A stretch of 63,341 nt of DNA, filler included, from Ministeria vibrans ATCC 50519 (lineage: Eukaryota; Protista; Filasterea): the NCBI GenBank assembly GCA_943704425.1. It is 9 parts of 9 records of this genome, joined end to end, with 100 filler letters (N's around TTAATTAATTAA, not from the genome) between each part and the next. Parts side by side here need not be neighbours in the genome. Positions count along the whole stretch, not along the records: positions 14,747 to 23,930 come from CALSCP010002217.1; positions 24,031 to 55,129 come from CALSCP010001007.1; 7 more parts are not named here. The stretch is one strand, 5' to 3'. The position numbers and the translations under genes were made by a program. Of this stretch, positions 23,525 through 36,440 are shown one piece after another (position 1 is the stretch's first letter; every line of letters begins with the position of its first letter). The notes below the pieces were generated by a model. It made no database searches. It was not told where the DNA came from and worked only from the letters and a program-made list of their open reading frames with translations.

Positions 23525-23898
23525 AAGACAGATGGGCTGAGGGCGGACGCAAACAGAAGTCGCCAAGGTGGGACGTCTCATGTTTCTTTTTTATTTTAAT
23601 AATTACCCCGTATTTCGTATGGAACTCTTTCTTCTTGTACCAAATTTCTTCTTGAGTAAACTTTTTACATTTATTCATATTCCTTCGGGGGGGGGGTTAA
23701 TATTATTTAATTTTAGGGCTCTGACTATAAGGAGTCTGTCGGGCGGTGGAAGAGTATTGGCAGACGCGCGTATGGCAGAAAGTGTAATTAAAAAGTCGAA
23801 GTCGTTAACGTTGATCTGTTGTCGGCGGTGGCGTAGGCGACTCCCGCGGATCCCAGTAGTTATAGTGTGCTCGCACAGTACACACCAGCCCAAAGGGG

Positions 23899-23930
<32 letters not shown>

Positions 23931-24030
23931 NNNNNNNNNNNNNNNNNNNNNNNNNNNNNNNNNNNNNNNNNNNNTTAATTAATTAANNNNNNNNNNNNNN
24001 NNNNNNNNNNNNNNNNNNNNNNNNNNNNNN

Positions 24031-24132
<102 letters not shown>

Positions 24133-24202
24133 TTATTATACTTCTGCCGATCATTTTGAAATGCCTTTATTCGGTTACACAGTATAGGTGACATCAGATT
24201 AA

Positions 24203-25789
24203 TCAAGAATAAATGGAGAGGGTCGCGGAGCCATCGACATGCCCAGCGACGAACAAACGATCGTTGGCTGTGCTTACAACAACGTCGCCAAAGGCGCTGT
24301 CGACGGCTGATGCGCCCGAGTCGATGACGAGAGCCGCGCCAGAGCCATCGGAGGCAACGGGGAGAAGGAAGCCGCTAGATTGACCACTAAAGGACACGCC
24401 AAGGATTGCATTGGGGGCGTTCGAGTTGCCAATGACAAAGACGCGCTCGTCGTCGTTCGACAGCGCCATGCTGAGGAAAGACAGAGGTGCGGTGCCATTG
24501 ACATCGCGAAACACCACAGGGACCCCGCTGTTCAGGCTCACTCGCATCAGCACTCCCGTCGAGTCCCATGCCTGAGCGCTGCCCCCTGTTGTTGGCGGTG
24601 GCGGCGGTCCCGACACGCCCGCGAGCCACAGATACTCAGCCTGGGTCTCAACAACCAGTCGTGCGACGGAGCTCATCGACCCCACGTCTGAACGCCAGTC
24701 CCTCGATGGCGCCAGCGTCGACCACAGCCGGTACTTTTCCAGGTAGCCTCGCTCGTAGCCCGTCAGTGTCGTCGTGTTGCTCAGACCTCCCAAGAATACA
24801 AAATTTGTGGTCGCCACAATGGACTACACAATAATTTTCGGTAGATAAATTAGTCAAAGTACAGAATGAACAATTGTGGGCTTGCTCGTTTTTTTCTTTT
24901 CTCTTTCTTTTGTTTGTACCTCTGCAAGAAGAATGTCTTGTGATGGCACTGCGTGAAGTAGTACCCCATTACTGTCGAGTTCGACAAGGAAGACGGGGGC
25001 TGCATTGAGCTCGTTGATACCCGACACGACCATGTAGACGCGGTTGGAGACTGGCCCGATCGCAATGGCTTTGCCAAAGTCGTTCATGGCAGTGCCTTGT
25101 GCGTAGGACCACAAGAAATCCCCCGTGCTGGCCGAGTAGCAGTCGACAAAGGCGTCGAGCCCCCCTTGGTTGGCCGTTCCGCCGTACGTTGCATTATTTG
25201 TGGTTCCAACGGTGCACACAAAGGTGCCGTCGTTGCTTACAGCCACGTCCTGCATGATCATGTTCACCGTAGGAATAAACACAACAACGTTCCAGACAAT
25301 CGTCGTGGGCTGTGTGCTCGCATCAAGTCGCAGAAGCGTGCCGCCCGACGACAGAGAGATGGCGAATCCAGAGGAGACCATAAACAAATTGTCATTTCCG
25401 TCGCGCGCGAGTCCACGCGCAAACGACAGTTCGTTGGTCGCAATGGTGTCCGTTCGCACATGGACTTCGCCAGTCACGGTAGAAGTGCAGCAGGCCGTGA
25501 TGCCGACGCTGAGCTCGTCAAGACGACTCTCGAGCAGCGACAAACGCTGCTCCATTTCTGCGGCTGTGAGAACGCGCGAACCGTTCACCAATACCTCGCT
25601 GGCATCCATGTGCGTAACATTCGCCGTGAACACAAGGTCGCCGTCAACAGCGGCGCTAAGAGTCCAAACAAAGGGCGTGAGAAGCGGAGAAGCGCTCCGA
25701 AGCGGTTTTTACATTTCGGTGTCGAATTCGGAGGCCCAAGCGAGACCGCTGCACATCGTGACACTGAGAAGAATCAAAGATAAGTTCAT
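24203..25789 (-). CDS. Secreted protein: signal peptide, short coiled coil, SBBP-like beta-propeller (at least 3 exons)
   Basis: MNLSLILLSVTMCSGLAWA-SEF; EMEQRLSLLESRLDEL; blade motif VAVSNDG..VCTVGTT...GGLDAFV..Y...G...WS...GT...D.GKAIA. Confidence 0.65.
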
Positions 25790-26414
25790 GGTCTTGTAGG
25801 GAACTAAATGAACTTGTAAAATCTAATTAATAATCAATTTTTATATTATCATTATTATTATTATATTTTTGATATTCGATTCCTTAATAGGGATAGCAAA
25901 CGGATTCCAAACAGAACCTGCTTTTTGCATGGTTTCTAAGCTGCGAATACATCAACAAAAAAATGGAGACACCCAGCACCAGCCACGTTCTGGCTGCGCC
26001 TTATGTGACAAATTATCCTTAGTTTTGTCGTAAGGCAGGATACTCTGTATCTCAGGTGCCCCCCACAACACACAAGGGTGTTCGGTAGACGGATAATATT
26101 CATCGTGTGATATTTGAGGGTGTCTTTGTTTGGCAGGTTGCTGACTGTTGCTGTTACGGGCCTTGAGGCGCTGCTGTGACCTGTCGCCTGTGACCTGTGG
26201 CCTGTGGGACGGGATTGTGGTTGGGGGCCGCTCTATCTCCGTGTGGCGGTTGACTTTATAAATGATACCAGCGCAACCTCGAAACTAATCCACCAGACAG
26301 ACAGCGAGCAAGCAAAGGCGGGCATCAGACACCAGTAGTAAACCATGACAGTGTACCCGCACGCATAGACTTGAAGACAACGAAAAAGATTTAAAATACA
26401 TTGTACACTCTCGA

Positions 26415-27184
26415 CTACTTCTTCTTGCTGTCCTTGTTTTCCTTCACTGGCATGACGGGCGCAACGACTCTGAGATCTTCAGTGAGTTCGGGTTTGCGAG
26501 GATTCTGGACAATAATGCCCATGCTATGGGCCGATCCAATGAGGTTCTACAGAGGCATCAGAGCCACACAGAAAGTAAGACACAGCATCAAAATGCATAC
26601 ATTCAAGAAGAATAGAAAAAGACAGTTTGCAAGAGACAAAAAGCAAAAGTACCTTGCACACATGTTCAAGCTCCTCCTTCTGCAATTTCTCGTCCATGCT
26701 TCGCTTCGCAACGGCAATCTCGTAGATGTCCTTGACGCTCAGCTCGGCGACCCACTGGAGTCGCGCCTCAGGCGATCCCTTGTCCAGGCCGGTGGCGTTC
26801 TTCAAGAACCACGACGTCGTAGGCCCCATTGTGGTGAACTCAAAGGTTCGATCTGGATTCACCTGCGCGCGTACGGGAGAAGGAGAGTGAGCGAGTGCGC
26901 ACACGAAAACGATCGTCTCGCCGAAAAACAAAGAGGCACCACGACAGGCTCATCACACGAATAGAACAACGACACGCATGGCCCACCTTGACGCTGACTC
27001 TGATGGGCAAACTTTGCTTGAATGTTTTGGTGCGATCGTTGAACTGTTTGCAGAAGGCCATAATGTTGACGCCGCGTTGTCCCAGGGCCGGACCCAGCGG
27101 CGGCGATGGCGTCGCCTTGCCCGCTGGCACGATCGCTCGGATATATGCAACCGCAGCCTTGGCGGCGGCGGCTTTCTTTGACAT
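26415..27184 (-). CDS. MRPL11: Mitochondrial ribosomal protein uL11m (3 exons)
   Basis: [58 protein letters not shown]. Confidence 0.95.
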
Positions 27185-27329
27185 TCGAGGAAGGAATAAA
27201 AAAAAGTAATAATAATAATTATTATTATTATTATTATTATTATTATTTATTTTGTCAAACTGAAACTCAAATCGGACGTAACCTCTCCAACTTAGTCCAA
27301 CAACTTTAAATACTTCATTTCTTACTTTC

Positions 27330-29207
27330 ATGCTCCCGTACGATGTATGGGTACACATATTCTGCTATTGCGACCCGGTGACTGTGGTGCGCTTGCGCTG
27401 GGCGTCGTTGAGTTTGTATTTGAGCACGAGCACTGACGGGTGGCTTTCGCACCTGCAACTCGTTGACGACGACTACGAGGACCGCGGTGACGAGGACAGC
27501 GAGAAGTACTTCACCTTGCTGTTACGCCTCGGCGAAGAGCTGTTCGTGCGCCAACGCCTTGGCGCTCGTTGTTTGGAGCTGCTGCTACGCTGCACCACGT
27601 CAACGGCCTGGCGCCGTCTGCGCTACCACGGACCCCTACGCCACCTGCGCGATCCCCAACTCATGTTCTGGATTGCCATCATGGACGACTACCCCCGCGT
27701 GTGCGAGCTCTTCCTCAGACGCCCCGGTGTCAGCGCCCACTGCCCTTTCCCCTTTTTGAAACGATCCATCTCCAACGGCCCGCGGTATTATATATCAACT
27801 CTCTTCTCTCTCTCTGTCACTTTGTTTCTCTATCAATATGGTTTTCATCACTCTGTTAATCACTGTGCTTCTCTCTTCCTTCTCTTTATCACTTGTTTTC
27901 TCTCTCTGTCTCTCTCTATCACTTTGTTTCTTTCGCCCTCCTTTCTCTTTCTCTCTCTCTTTCACTTTGTTTCTTTCTCCCTCCTTTTTCTTTCTCTCTC
28001 TTTCTCTATATTGCACTCAGTCACTTACGTACTACTTTGTATTTTGTTTTGTAGATTCCTGTTTCAACACTACATTTCAGACTTCTTTCAACACCATGGC
28101 AAGGTGACGTACGAGTCGTTTGCTCTCACTCTTGCCGCCGCGTTTAATCGACTCGAAATTGTCAAGTTGCTGCTGCAAGATCCGTCCGTTGACCCGTCAA
28201 GCGAGGAATCGGGAGCATTTTGCTCGGCTGCCTACTACGGACGTGTAGAAATCACCGAGTTGCTCATGCGCCACCCACTTGTCGACCCCACGGCAAACGA
28301 CAACATCAGCATTCGCAGTGCCTCTCTCAATGGCGACGTAGGTATTGTTGCTGTGCTCTTGCGCGATCCGCGTGTCGATCCAGCCGCCTTCAACAACGCA
28401 GCCATTGTGGACGCGTGCACTGAGGGACACGTTGAAGTGGTGCGATTGCTCATCTCCGACGTGCGTGTCAATCCCAGTGCGCGTCGCAACTTGGCCTTGC
28501 GACGCGCCTGTCGCCTGGGCAATGCCGAAATTGTATCGTTGCTGCTTTCCCATCCGTCGATGAACCCGGCCGAGTACAACAAACAGGTGGTGCTCACAGA
28601 TGCTATTTCGTCGGGATCACTCGACACGCTGCGTGTGCTGCTGCGCGATCCGCGCATCGACGCAAGTACTAACGACAACGTTGCCGTTGTCGAGGCATGC
28701 TTGCACAACGAACCCGACATGCTTGCAGTCTTGCTCGACGTGGAGGGAGTCGATGCCAACGTACGCAATGGACGTGCTCTTCACACGGCAATCCGCGCCG
28801 ACTTCACGGAAGTGGTGCGCATTCTGCTACGCAAGTCGACGCTCGATCCACGCACCGCACACGACTCTATTGTGGACGCCAGTCGCAAGAACCAATATGA
28901 AATGATTCAACTGATCCTCGAAGATGGTCGCTACGACCCATCGAGCGACGGAAGCCACGTACTGCGCACCGCCAGCAAAGCAGGCGCAACAGATGTTGTG
29001 CGGCTGCTCCTGGCAGACGGTCGCGCGGACCCAAGTTCGCGCGACAGTCTGGCCCTGCGCAACGCCTGCAAGAATGGCCAACTGGCGGTCGTCGCGGCCC
29101 TTATTGCCGACAAGCGCCTCAATCCCCGTTCCCACCGCGTTGCTCTTCGTTATGCGCAAGAACAGGGTCATCGCGACATCGAGACGATCCTCAACTCTCT
29201 CTTTTAG
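27330..29207 (+). CDS. F-box-like + ankyrin-repeat protein (one intron approx. 27785-28054, read through in the ORF track)
   Basis: [25 protein letters not shown] (F-box-like); about 11 ankyrin repeats of type G..EIV.LLL.DPRVDP...N.A. Confidence 0.85.
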   Translation: MLPYDVWVHIFCYCDPVTVVRLRWASLSLYLSTSTDGWLSHLQLVDDDYEDRGDEDSEKYFTLLLRLGEELFVRQRLGARCLELLLRCTTSTAWRRLRYHGPLRHLRDPQLMFWIAIMDDYPRVCELFLRRPGVSAHCPFPFLKRSISNGPRYYISTLFSLSVTLFLYQYGFHHSVNHCASLFLLFITCFLSLSLSITLFLSPSFLFLSLFHFVSFSLLFLSLSFSILHSVTYVLLCILFCRFLFQHYISDFFQHHGKVTYESFALTLAAAFNRLEIVKLLLQDPSVDPSSEESGAFCSAAYYGRVEITELLMRHPLVDPTANDNISIRSASLNGDVGIVAVLLRDPRVDPAAFNNAAIVDACTEGHVEVVRLLISDVRVNPSARRNLALRRACRLGNAEIVSLLLSHPSMNPAEYNKQVVLTDAISSGSLDTLRVLLRDPRIDASTNDNVAVVEACLHNEPDMLAVLLDVEGVDANVRNGRALHTAIRADFTEVVRILLRKSTLDPRTAHDSIVDASRKNQYEMIQLILEDGRYDPSSDGSHVLRTASKAGATDVVRLLLADGRADPSSRDSLALRNACKNGQLAVVAALIADKRLNPRSHRVALRYAQEQGHRDIETILNSLF

Positions 29208-29428
29208 CAATACCAACAAAAAGGTGTATCATGGAGATGGTGTACACTAATGCTCTACGACAATGACTGTCACTGCGAATCATGCCGGTCACTTTGTCAC
29301 ATGCTGTCTTATCCGAACCCGAAAAGTAACACGCAACAATATTAAAATTAATAATAATTATTAATGATATTAATTTTTTGATAATTATTTGTGTTAAAGA
29401 AAGAACAAAAAATAATGCATTAAGTGAA

Positions 29429-31290
29429 TTATGTTTGAATGAGAGGCAGCAGGAGATGAATAAAGTAGCCGACACTGATGATGCGGAAATCGATGGTGGC
29501 GGCCATTAGTACGCCAAAAGCTTGCGCTGCATAATCGTTTGTCTTTGCTGGCTCAATTATGTCAATGAGAAGCCACACAATGTTGTACGCCAATAGATAC
29601 CAAAGAATCCACAGGTTGGAGATGTGCTCGCGCCACTTTGTCGCACAAATGACGACCAACACCTACATTGCGTGTGTTTCATGTTTCGTACGTGAGTGAG
29701 CAATTGCTACCTGAACAATGCAGCTGCAGGTCGTGAAGACGGCCGACGCCACAATGATAAAGTTTTGGTCTTCCTGCTGTGCACAAAGATAGAACACATT
29801 AAGTGTCCCCTGAGAGCCAATGGAACAGGTCAGTAGGTCTTCTTCTTCTTTTTTTTTTGTGCACTTACGGCGACAAAGGCAAAGAAGCTGTAAAGGACAA
29901 TCTTGAGAATGTCGATGGTGGAGAGCGTTGAGTGATCCTCGACGGGCGCCTGCACATGCGTGCCTGTGTGTGCGTCTATGGCGTCGTGCGGTGGCGGTGG
30001 CGGTGGCGGTGGCGGTGGCGGCAGCGGTGGCGGCAGCGGTGGCGGCAGTGGTGGCGGGGTCCCTTCTGCGACAGTAGGCTCGACAGTGGCAAGCGGGGAG
30101 TGAGAAACCGCTGCTGCTTCTGCGACTGCGGTGGAAGCATCGATGGAAGATTGTGTGTGAAGGAGGGGCGAGTCTTCGCCTGTGTCCACATGAGCTGCCG
30201 GCGTGATGGCAACAGACGAAATCTTGAAGCACTTGCGCACGACCGACGTAACCCACAGCACACTGATGACTAGTTCGCCCAGCTCTGCAAGCAGAATAAA
30301 GATTCCCCACAGCGGTGACAAGTGTGAGGGCGAGGCGTTGAGCAGAGAGTACAGCACAAGGTAGGAAACGCCGCTCAGAGCTGCACAAACAGCCGACGGC
30401 AGCGCCTGCAAGTGTTGGGCAGCGTCCGCCTAAATATGGATATAGATCAGTCGCAACATGAACACACAATGAGGCGCGTACGTAATGGTGGCGCTGGTGC
30501 GTTACTGGACGCACTTGGTGCGGGTAGAGCCGGTACAGAGCGTAGCCGGAGAACAAAAAGCAATGCAAATGGAAGTCGATGACCAGTGCAAGCAGCAGGT
30601 TGGCCACCACGTCGCCCGAGTCGAAGGCGTTTGTGTGCCAATCTTTTACTGCATTGAAAATCATCAGCACGAAATTGAGAAGCAGGATAAAGGAAATCAA
30701 CAGACGGCCATAGTTGTGCGACGACGTTGTCGACACTGCCTTCACTGTGTGGAAATAGCGCAGAATCGACGTTTGGATGGCGCAGAAGAAGGCGAGAAAG
30801 AAAAAGGCTAGGGCCATGGCGTACTTGGCGTCGCACTGTTCGCTCGGCACTGCATCGGCAAGGTCGAACGCGGTGGCGTTGGTGATGACGTCCATAGTGA
30901 TGTTTTTCACGGCGTGGCAGGAGGCGTCGAGGCCGCCCGGCATGATGCTGTCGAAAAAGCGGAGCAGATAGAACACAAAGGCGCCTGGGAGGAACATCAG
31001 ACATGTCATTGTGAACTCAAAGCCAAGCGGGATGTCTGTGCGGCGCGTCACGGTTGGAAGGCCGCCGTGGCCAAACACCTGCGACCGCCGGGACCACACG
31101 CCATACATGGCAGTGGTGCAGGAGAGCGCCATGCACACAAACACGCTAAATGCGATCTGGCTCGCGCTGTTGCCCTCAAAATTGCCGTTCAGCGTGGCCA
31201 CCAGCACCATGAGAACCGTGCCAATAAGCAGCAGGCTTTCAAAGATCGCTAGCACCCAAGCTTTTTGCAGAGAGCTACGAACAAAAAACA
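29429..31290 (-). CDS. Uncharacterised multi-pass membrane protein with central Pro-rich loop (multi-exon; start uncertain)
   Basis: More than 10 hydrophobic segments across exons; poly-Pro at about 29990-30060; GT-AG introns. Confidence 0.7.
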
Positions 31291-32627
31291 TACGAACTCG
31301 CGATTAAAAACACAAACCAGAGATAGGTGGAGAAGCGAAAGACCTTGTGCTATGGTGAGTGCATGGAGCACAGGGAAAACGTGCCTTTGCCAAAGCACAA
31401 CAGTTCGATTATCACACACACAATCCGCATAATAATAAAAATAATCGTTGCAAAAAAAATTGTTGCAAAATAATGCGAATAAAAATTATAATTATTATTA
31501 TTATTTCTTGCGGTCGCTAAATTGCCGATAGAGACGTGAAGGGATGGAGCACATGTGTGCATGGTGTATACTACTAGTAAGCACTCAAAGCACTAAGTAG
31601 TATATGCGTAGTAGGAGAGAGAGAGAAGACGTAGTCACTCACAGTGGGACTTTGAAGGAAAACGCGGACGAAATTTTTTTCGCTGAGATATCCCAACTCA
31701 GTGCTCACAAAGATCAAATTGCAAGCGCAGCATGAACCGACATTGGCCATGGACTTTGCGTTGTCTAATGCATCATTCTATTGGACCATTCGGGCCTTAA
31801 TGTTGCGAAAAAACAAACAAACAAACAATGCATCTCACCACATCATGTTGCTTTGGTGCACTCTCGGCGGCGTCGACTTCACAATGCGCCAGGGCAGAAA
31901 CAGTCGTTGCAGACAAGGATCCGGATGGAAAGGCAAAAAAAAAAGTAATGATTTAGCTTTACAATCGGGACTGATGTTGACAAATGACTTCGTCTTTTTT
32001 CTCCCGCATTTTCTTGCAGGAAATCACAAATTCCTCTTCGACTTCTCATTATGTCCCTCCCAGGCTACGGCGTATCGCGTCACTTGTATGACCATAAGCC
32101 AACCTGTCTTCGCCCCCTCTGGATGCTCCTGTAGCTTAGAAAGTGGTCCTGAGCTGTTTGTGTTGTCGCTTTTCGTTTTTGATTGATATTTCTTCTAGTC
32201 TCTTCACTCTTTTTCCATAATTTTTCAGTCCCCATGATTAGTCTTTGGTAGGCCTAATAGGTTGTTGTGTCGTTGGTGGTGTGGTTGTAACTTGTCAAGG
32301 CTGCGTCTGTCGCGAGTCGCCAGTCCCGACCGGAGTTTAATTTGGGGGGACGAACACAATAATAATAATTCTAAGCATGCAAAAATTTGCAGTTTTCGAC
32401 TGAGTCGACTTTATTCGACTTCTTTCTTTTCATTGACTCAGTGTTCACCACCCCCCTCCCCAGTCTCCACTTGAGTAAGTGGGTGACTTGACTCACTTGA
32501 GTGGTTGAGTCGCTTTACATTTGGGGAAATTTAAAAATACGAAAAGGGTCTTTATAATAATTATTCATCATGAATAATTAAAATTTAATATGTTGTATTC
32601 TTCTAAATTCATATTCGTCACTATTTA

Positions 32628-35600
32628 ATGATAAATGCATTGCGCTCTTGCCGCTCTACAGTGCACTACGCTTTACTGAGCATTGGGTCCGTTGGATATA
32701 ATATGAGTTGATGTAGGTTGACGTGCCTTGTTCTGGTATCACCCTCCGTCGCCTTGTGGCCCGATGACAACACCTTCAACGACACCATGCTCAAAGATGT
32801 CATGGCCAATGGCCTGCCGCCCTGTGGCGACGCGGCTGCCCCGTGCAAGCACTTTGTCGTCGTTGGAGGAGGCATTGCCGGCCTGACCTTTTCAACGTTC
32901 GCCACTGAAGCAGGACACAACGCCACGCTGCTCGAGGCAAGCGACCGAGTCGGTGGCCGAGTGCTCACCGGAACGTATGCCGTGGTGAATCTGGGGGCCA
33001 TGCGCATCCCTACGACGCAGACACTCGTTCTTCAACTAGTGCGCCAGTGTCATCTCTCGACCATCCCCTTTGTGGAGTACAACAAGAACACACCCGTATT
33101 CGTCAATGGCGTCCTCACAACGGCACAGCAGGCCAACGACAATCCAGACGCATTTGGATTCGAAGTGAACGAGTCGGAGAAGGGCATGACGGCGGCCGAG
33201 CTGTGGAACCGTGCTCTCGCTCCCGTTCTGGACTACGTCGCCACGCACGACTGGGCCAGCGAAGTGGTCCCCAAGTACGATCGATTCACTGTCAAGGAGT
33301 ATCTTGTGTCGACCGGGATGAGCGTGGGAGCCATCGACATGATTGGTGTCTTCCTCAATGAGGAGACGAACTTTCAGACGGCGTTCCTCGAGGCGGTGCG
33401 CGACCAAATCCACATCTCGGACACAACCAAGTTTGTCACAATTGTGGGCGGTACCGAGAAGCTCACGCAGTGTCTTCTTGAGCGTGCTGTAAATGCACCG
33501 GCTGGACGCTTTCGCCTGATCCTCAATGCGCGCGTCACAGACCACCGTGTCGCGCGCGACGGTCGCGCGCAGGAGACGTACGTCGACTCGCAGACTGGAG
33601 AACATGTCCTTGTGGAAGGAGATGCTGCCGTGTTTACCGTCACCGCCAATGCTGCCCAACTCATCCGGTTTCCCAACGAGCCTGGTATGCAACACGCACT
33701 CAAACGCGGCCTCAATGTCTAGCAAGTCGACAATGCATTATATTTGGTTGTCGTCTTTTTAATTATTTGTTTTGATCCTTCAAATTTTAGAATGGACCGA
33801 GAAGCGACGAGCGTGGCGGCAGGTGCACTATGATTGTGCTTCCAAAGTATTCCTCTGCTTCAAACGACAGTGGTGGTTCGACTTGGGGATCTACGGTGGT
33901 CGTGCGATCACCGACTTGCCTGTGCGCTTTGTCTATTACCCGTCCAACAACCTCGACATGTGTGTTCTCGCGACGTACACATGGAGCCAAGACTCCATGT
34001 TGTGGAGTGGACTCACCGATGGCGAAGCAATTGACCTTGCACTACGCAACCTTCAAGACCTTCACCCAACGGTGAATGTGCGCGAAGCTTGGAATGACAC
34101 GGCCCTGCATGAGCACTCCGCCATCAAGCACTGGTGTTCCGACCCGTACGCTCTGGGTGCCTTTGTACTATTCACGCCGTACCAAGAGCGCGATTTGAGC
34201 CGTGAGCTTGCCACCCCAGTGCCACCGGCCTTTTTTGCGGGCGAGGCGATGGATAGCGACAACCACGGATGGATGTTGTCATCGCTGCGCTCCGCCTTGC
34301 AACTTGTCACGCTGGTTACACAACCCCGACAGCCCTACGACATTGCCATTGTCGGTGGCGGGCTCCTTGGTCTGTCCACCGCTGTCAACGCCGCCATGGC
34401 AGGCAAAATAGTGGTTGTTGTGGAACAGTTTGGCTTTGAGAATGCCAATGGGAGTTCGTCTGCCGACACGCGCCAATTTCGGCAAATGGTACACAATATT
34501 AAAAATATAATAATAATAATAATAATTATTATTATTATTTTTATTATTGTATATCTAATGTCTCTTACTGACCTGACCCTCTTGATTTTATTTATCGGTC
34601 ACTCCCTTTTTTTGGGTGTAGTACTCGGAAACGTACCTTGCACGTGCGGCAGGGTTGGCGTATCCAATGTGGCGAGAACTGGAGCGCCAGGCGGGTGTGG
34701 CGCGTGGAACGCTGCTCAACACCGACACGGGTTACTTGTTCCTTGGTCGCGGGGAAGACGGCATGACTGTTGAAGGGAGTATGCAGGCGATTCGCAAGAC
34801 GTGTGAGGTGCTTCAGCAAAACTGCGAGTATCTCAATGGGCAGCAAATGATGGAACGCTTTCCCTTTTCCAACCTTTCATCATCCTACTCGGGTCTCTAC
34901 CACCAAGAGAGCGGCTACATCAACCTGGAGGAGACTCTCAATGAGCTTTTGAAGTTGGCTCGACAGTTTGGCGTGCATTTGCGCCCGTTCGAGCAGATGC
35001 TGGATGTGTCCGCACCCCAAACAGATGGTTCGAGTTTTGGTGGCGGTGACTCGAGCGCAGCAGCAGCGGAGGTGTTTACACTGACGACGACGCGAGGGCA
35101 AATCCGCTCGCTTAGCATTGTTGCTGCCCCGGGAGCCTACGTAAACGACGTGCTACCGCGCATCCACCCGCAGCTGCACGTCGAGTCGACTGTGTGGGAG
35201 CTGCCATACACATTTATGAATGCCATCAACGACACGCTTGCCAGCACTCTGCCCACCTGGTTTGCCTTTGACGGACCGTCGCTCTTCTATGGATTTCCCA
35301 TGAATGTTACCGCGAGCGATCGCTCGCCCGAGCGACGTGGTCGTGTCAAGATAGTACCCGACTTTCTCGGCCCAACCAATCCGGCATTTTCGGACCCATC
35401 TCAGCGAACACACATCCCCGATGCGTCTGTACTTGATAAGACTCTATCGTGGGCGACGCAGCACGCATCTCGGTTTGCAGCAGCACCACTGACGGTCAAC
35501 AAGGATATGTGTCTGATTAACTTTGTCGGCGACTACACCAAGGACGGGGCGGGCTTCTTGCTGTCGCACCCGCCAGCATTTGTTCCTGGTAGCGAACGCA

Positions 35601-35813
35601 TTGTCCTTATTAGTGGTGGTTGGGCCGCCAAGTTTGCGCCCCTCTGGGGAGCGATGGCAGCGCGTCTTGCGTTTGGCGAGCCTTTGGAGGAGGAATGGAA
35701 GGCAGTGCTGTCGCACCTTTCCATTAACCGTCCAGGGGTTCTCTCCGGTATGCAGTGTGTATACTATTATTATTAAATTTTTATTATTGTTATTATTATT
35801 ATTATTGTTAGTA

Positions 35814-35856
<43 letters not shown>

Positions 35857-36116
35857 GTTCTGGATTCTCTTTTTTTTCTTCTTCTTTTTCTATTTTTACT
35901 ATTTCTAACAATCGATTATGTTCTTTCGTATTTCCTCGTTCGTACGCAGGATCGGGAGGCACACCATCGAATGCCTTGTCGACGGCAGCGCTTGCTGGAA
36001 TTGCTCTGGCAGTGGTGACGGTGGTGTTCGCGATTTTTTCAGTTTCACTTGTGCTTCGGCGCAAAGGAGAAAAAAGAAACGTTTTGAACGAAGAGAGCCT
36101 ACACTTTGCCAAGTAA
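32628..36116 (+). CDS. Type I membrane flavoprotein fusion: signal peptide + L-amino-acid/monoamine oxidase domain + sarcosine/pipecolate oxidase-like domain + TM (5 exons)
   Basis: Domain 1: VVGGGIAGL, LEASDRVGGR, LGAMRIP, GGTEKL, FFAGE, HGWM. Domain 2: YDIAIVGGGLLGLSTA, NGSSSADTRQFRQM|YSE, FYGFP, KFAPLWG. C-terminal ALAGIALAVVTVVFAIFSVSLVL-RRK. Confidence 0.88.
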
Positions 36117-36288
36117 CTTTTTTTTCTCTCAATTTAAAATTATTAAGAATAATAATAAAAATATTAATAATAATAATTATTAATAATAATAAAGTTGATA
36201 ATATTAAAATGACGCTACTCTAGCCGAATAGAATTCCAAAAGATTAGTTATTTTGAGTTCAATCTCTCTCCTCCGTGTCTTTCCTTCT

Positions 36289-36407
<119 letters not shown>

Positions 36408-36440
36408 ATGTGTGTATCTGGTCGTTTTACCCTATTACAG

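Noticed and set aside
27785-28054. Apparent transmembrane region in the ankyrin ORF
   Set aside because: Translation of a CT-rich GT-AG intron.
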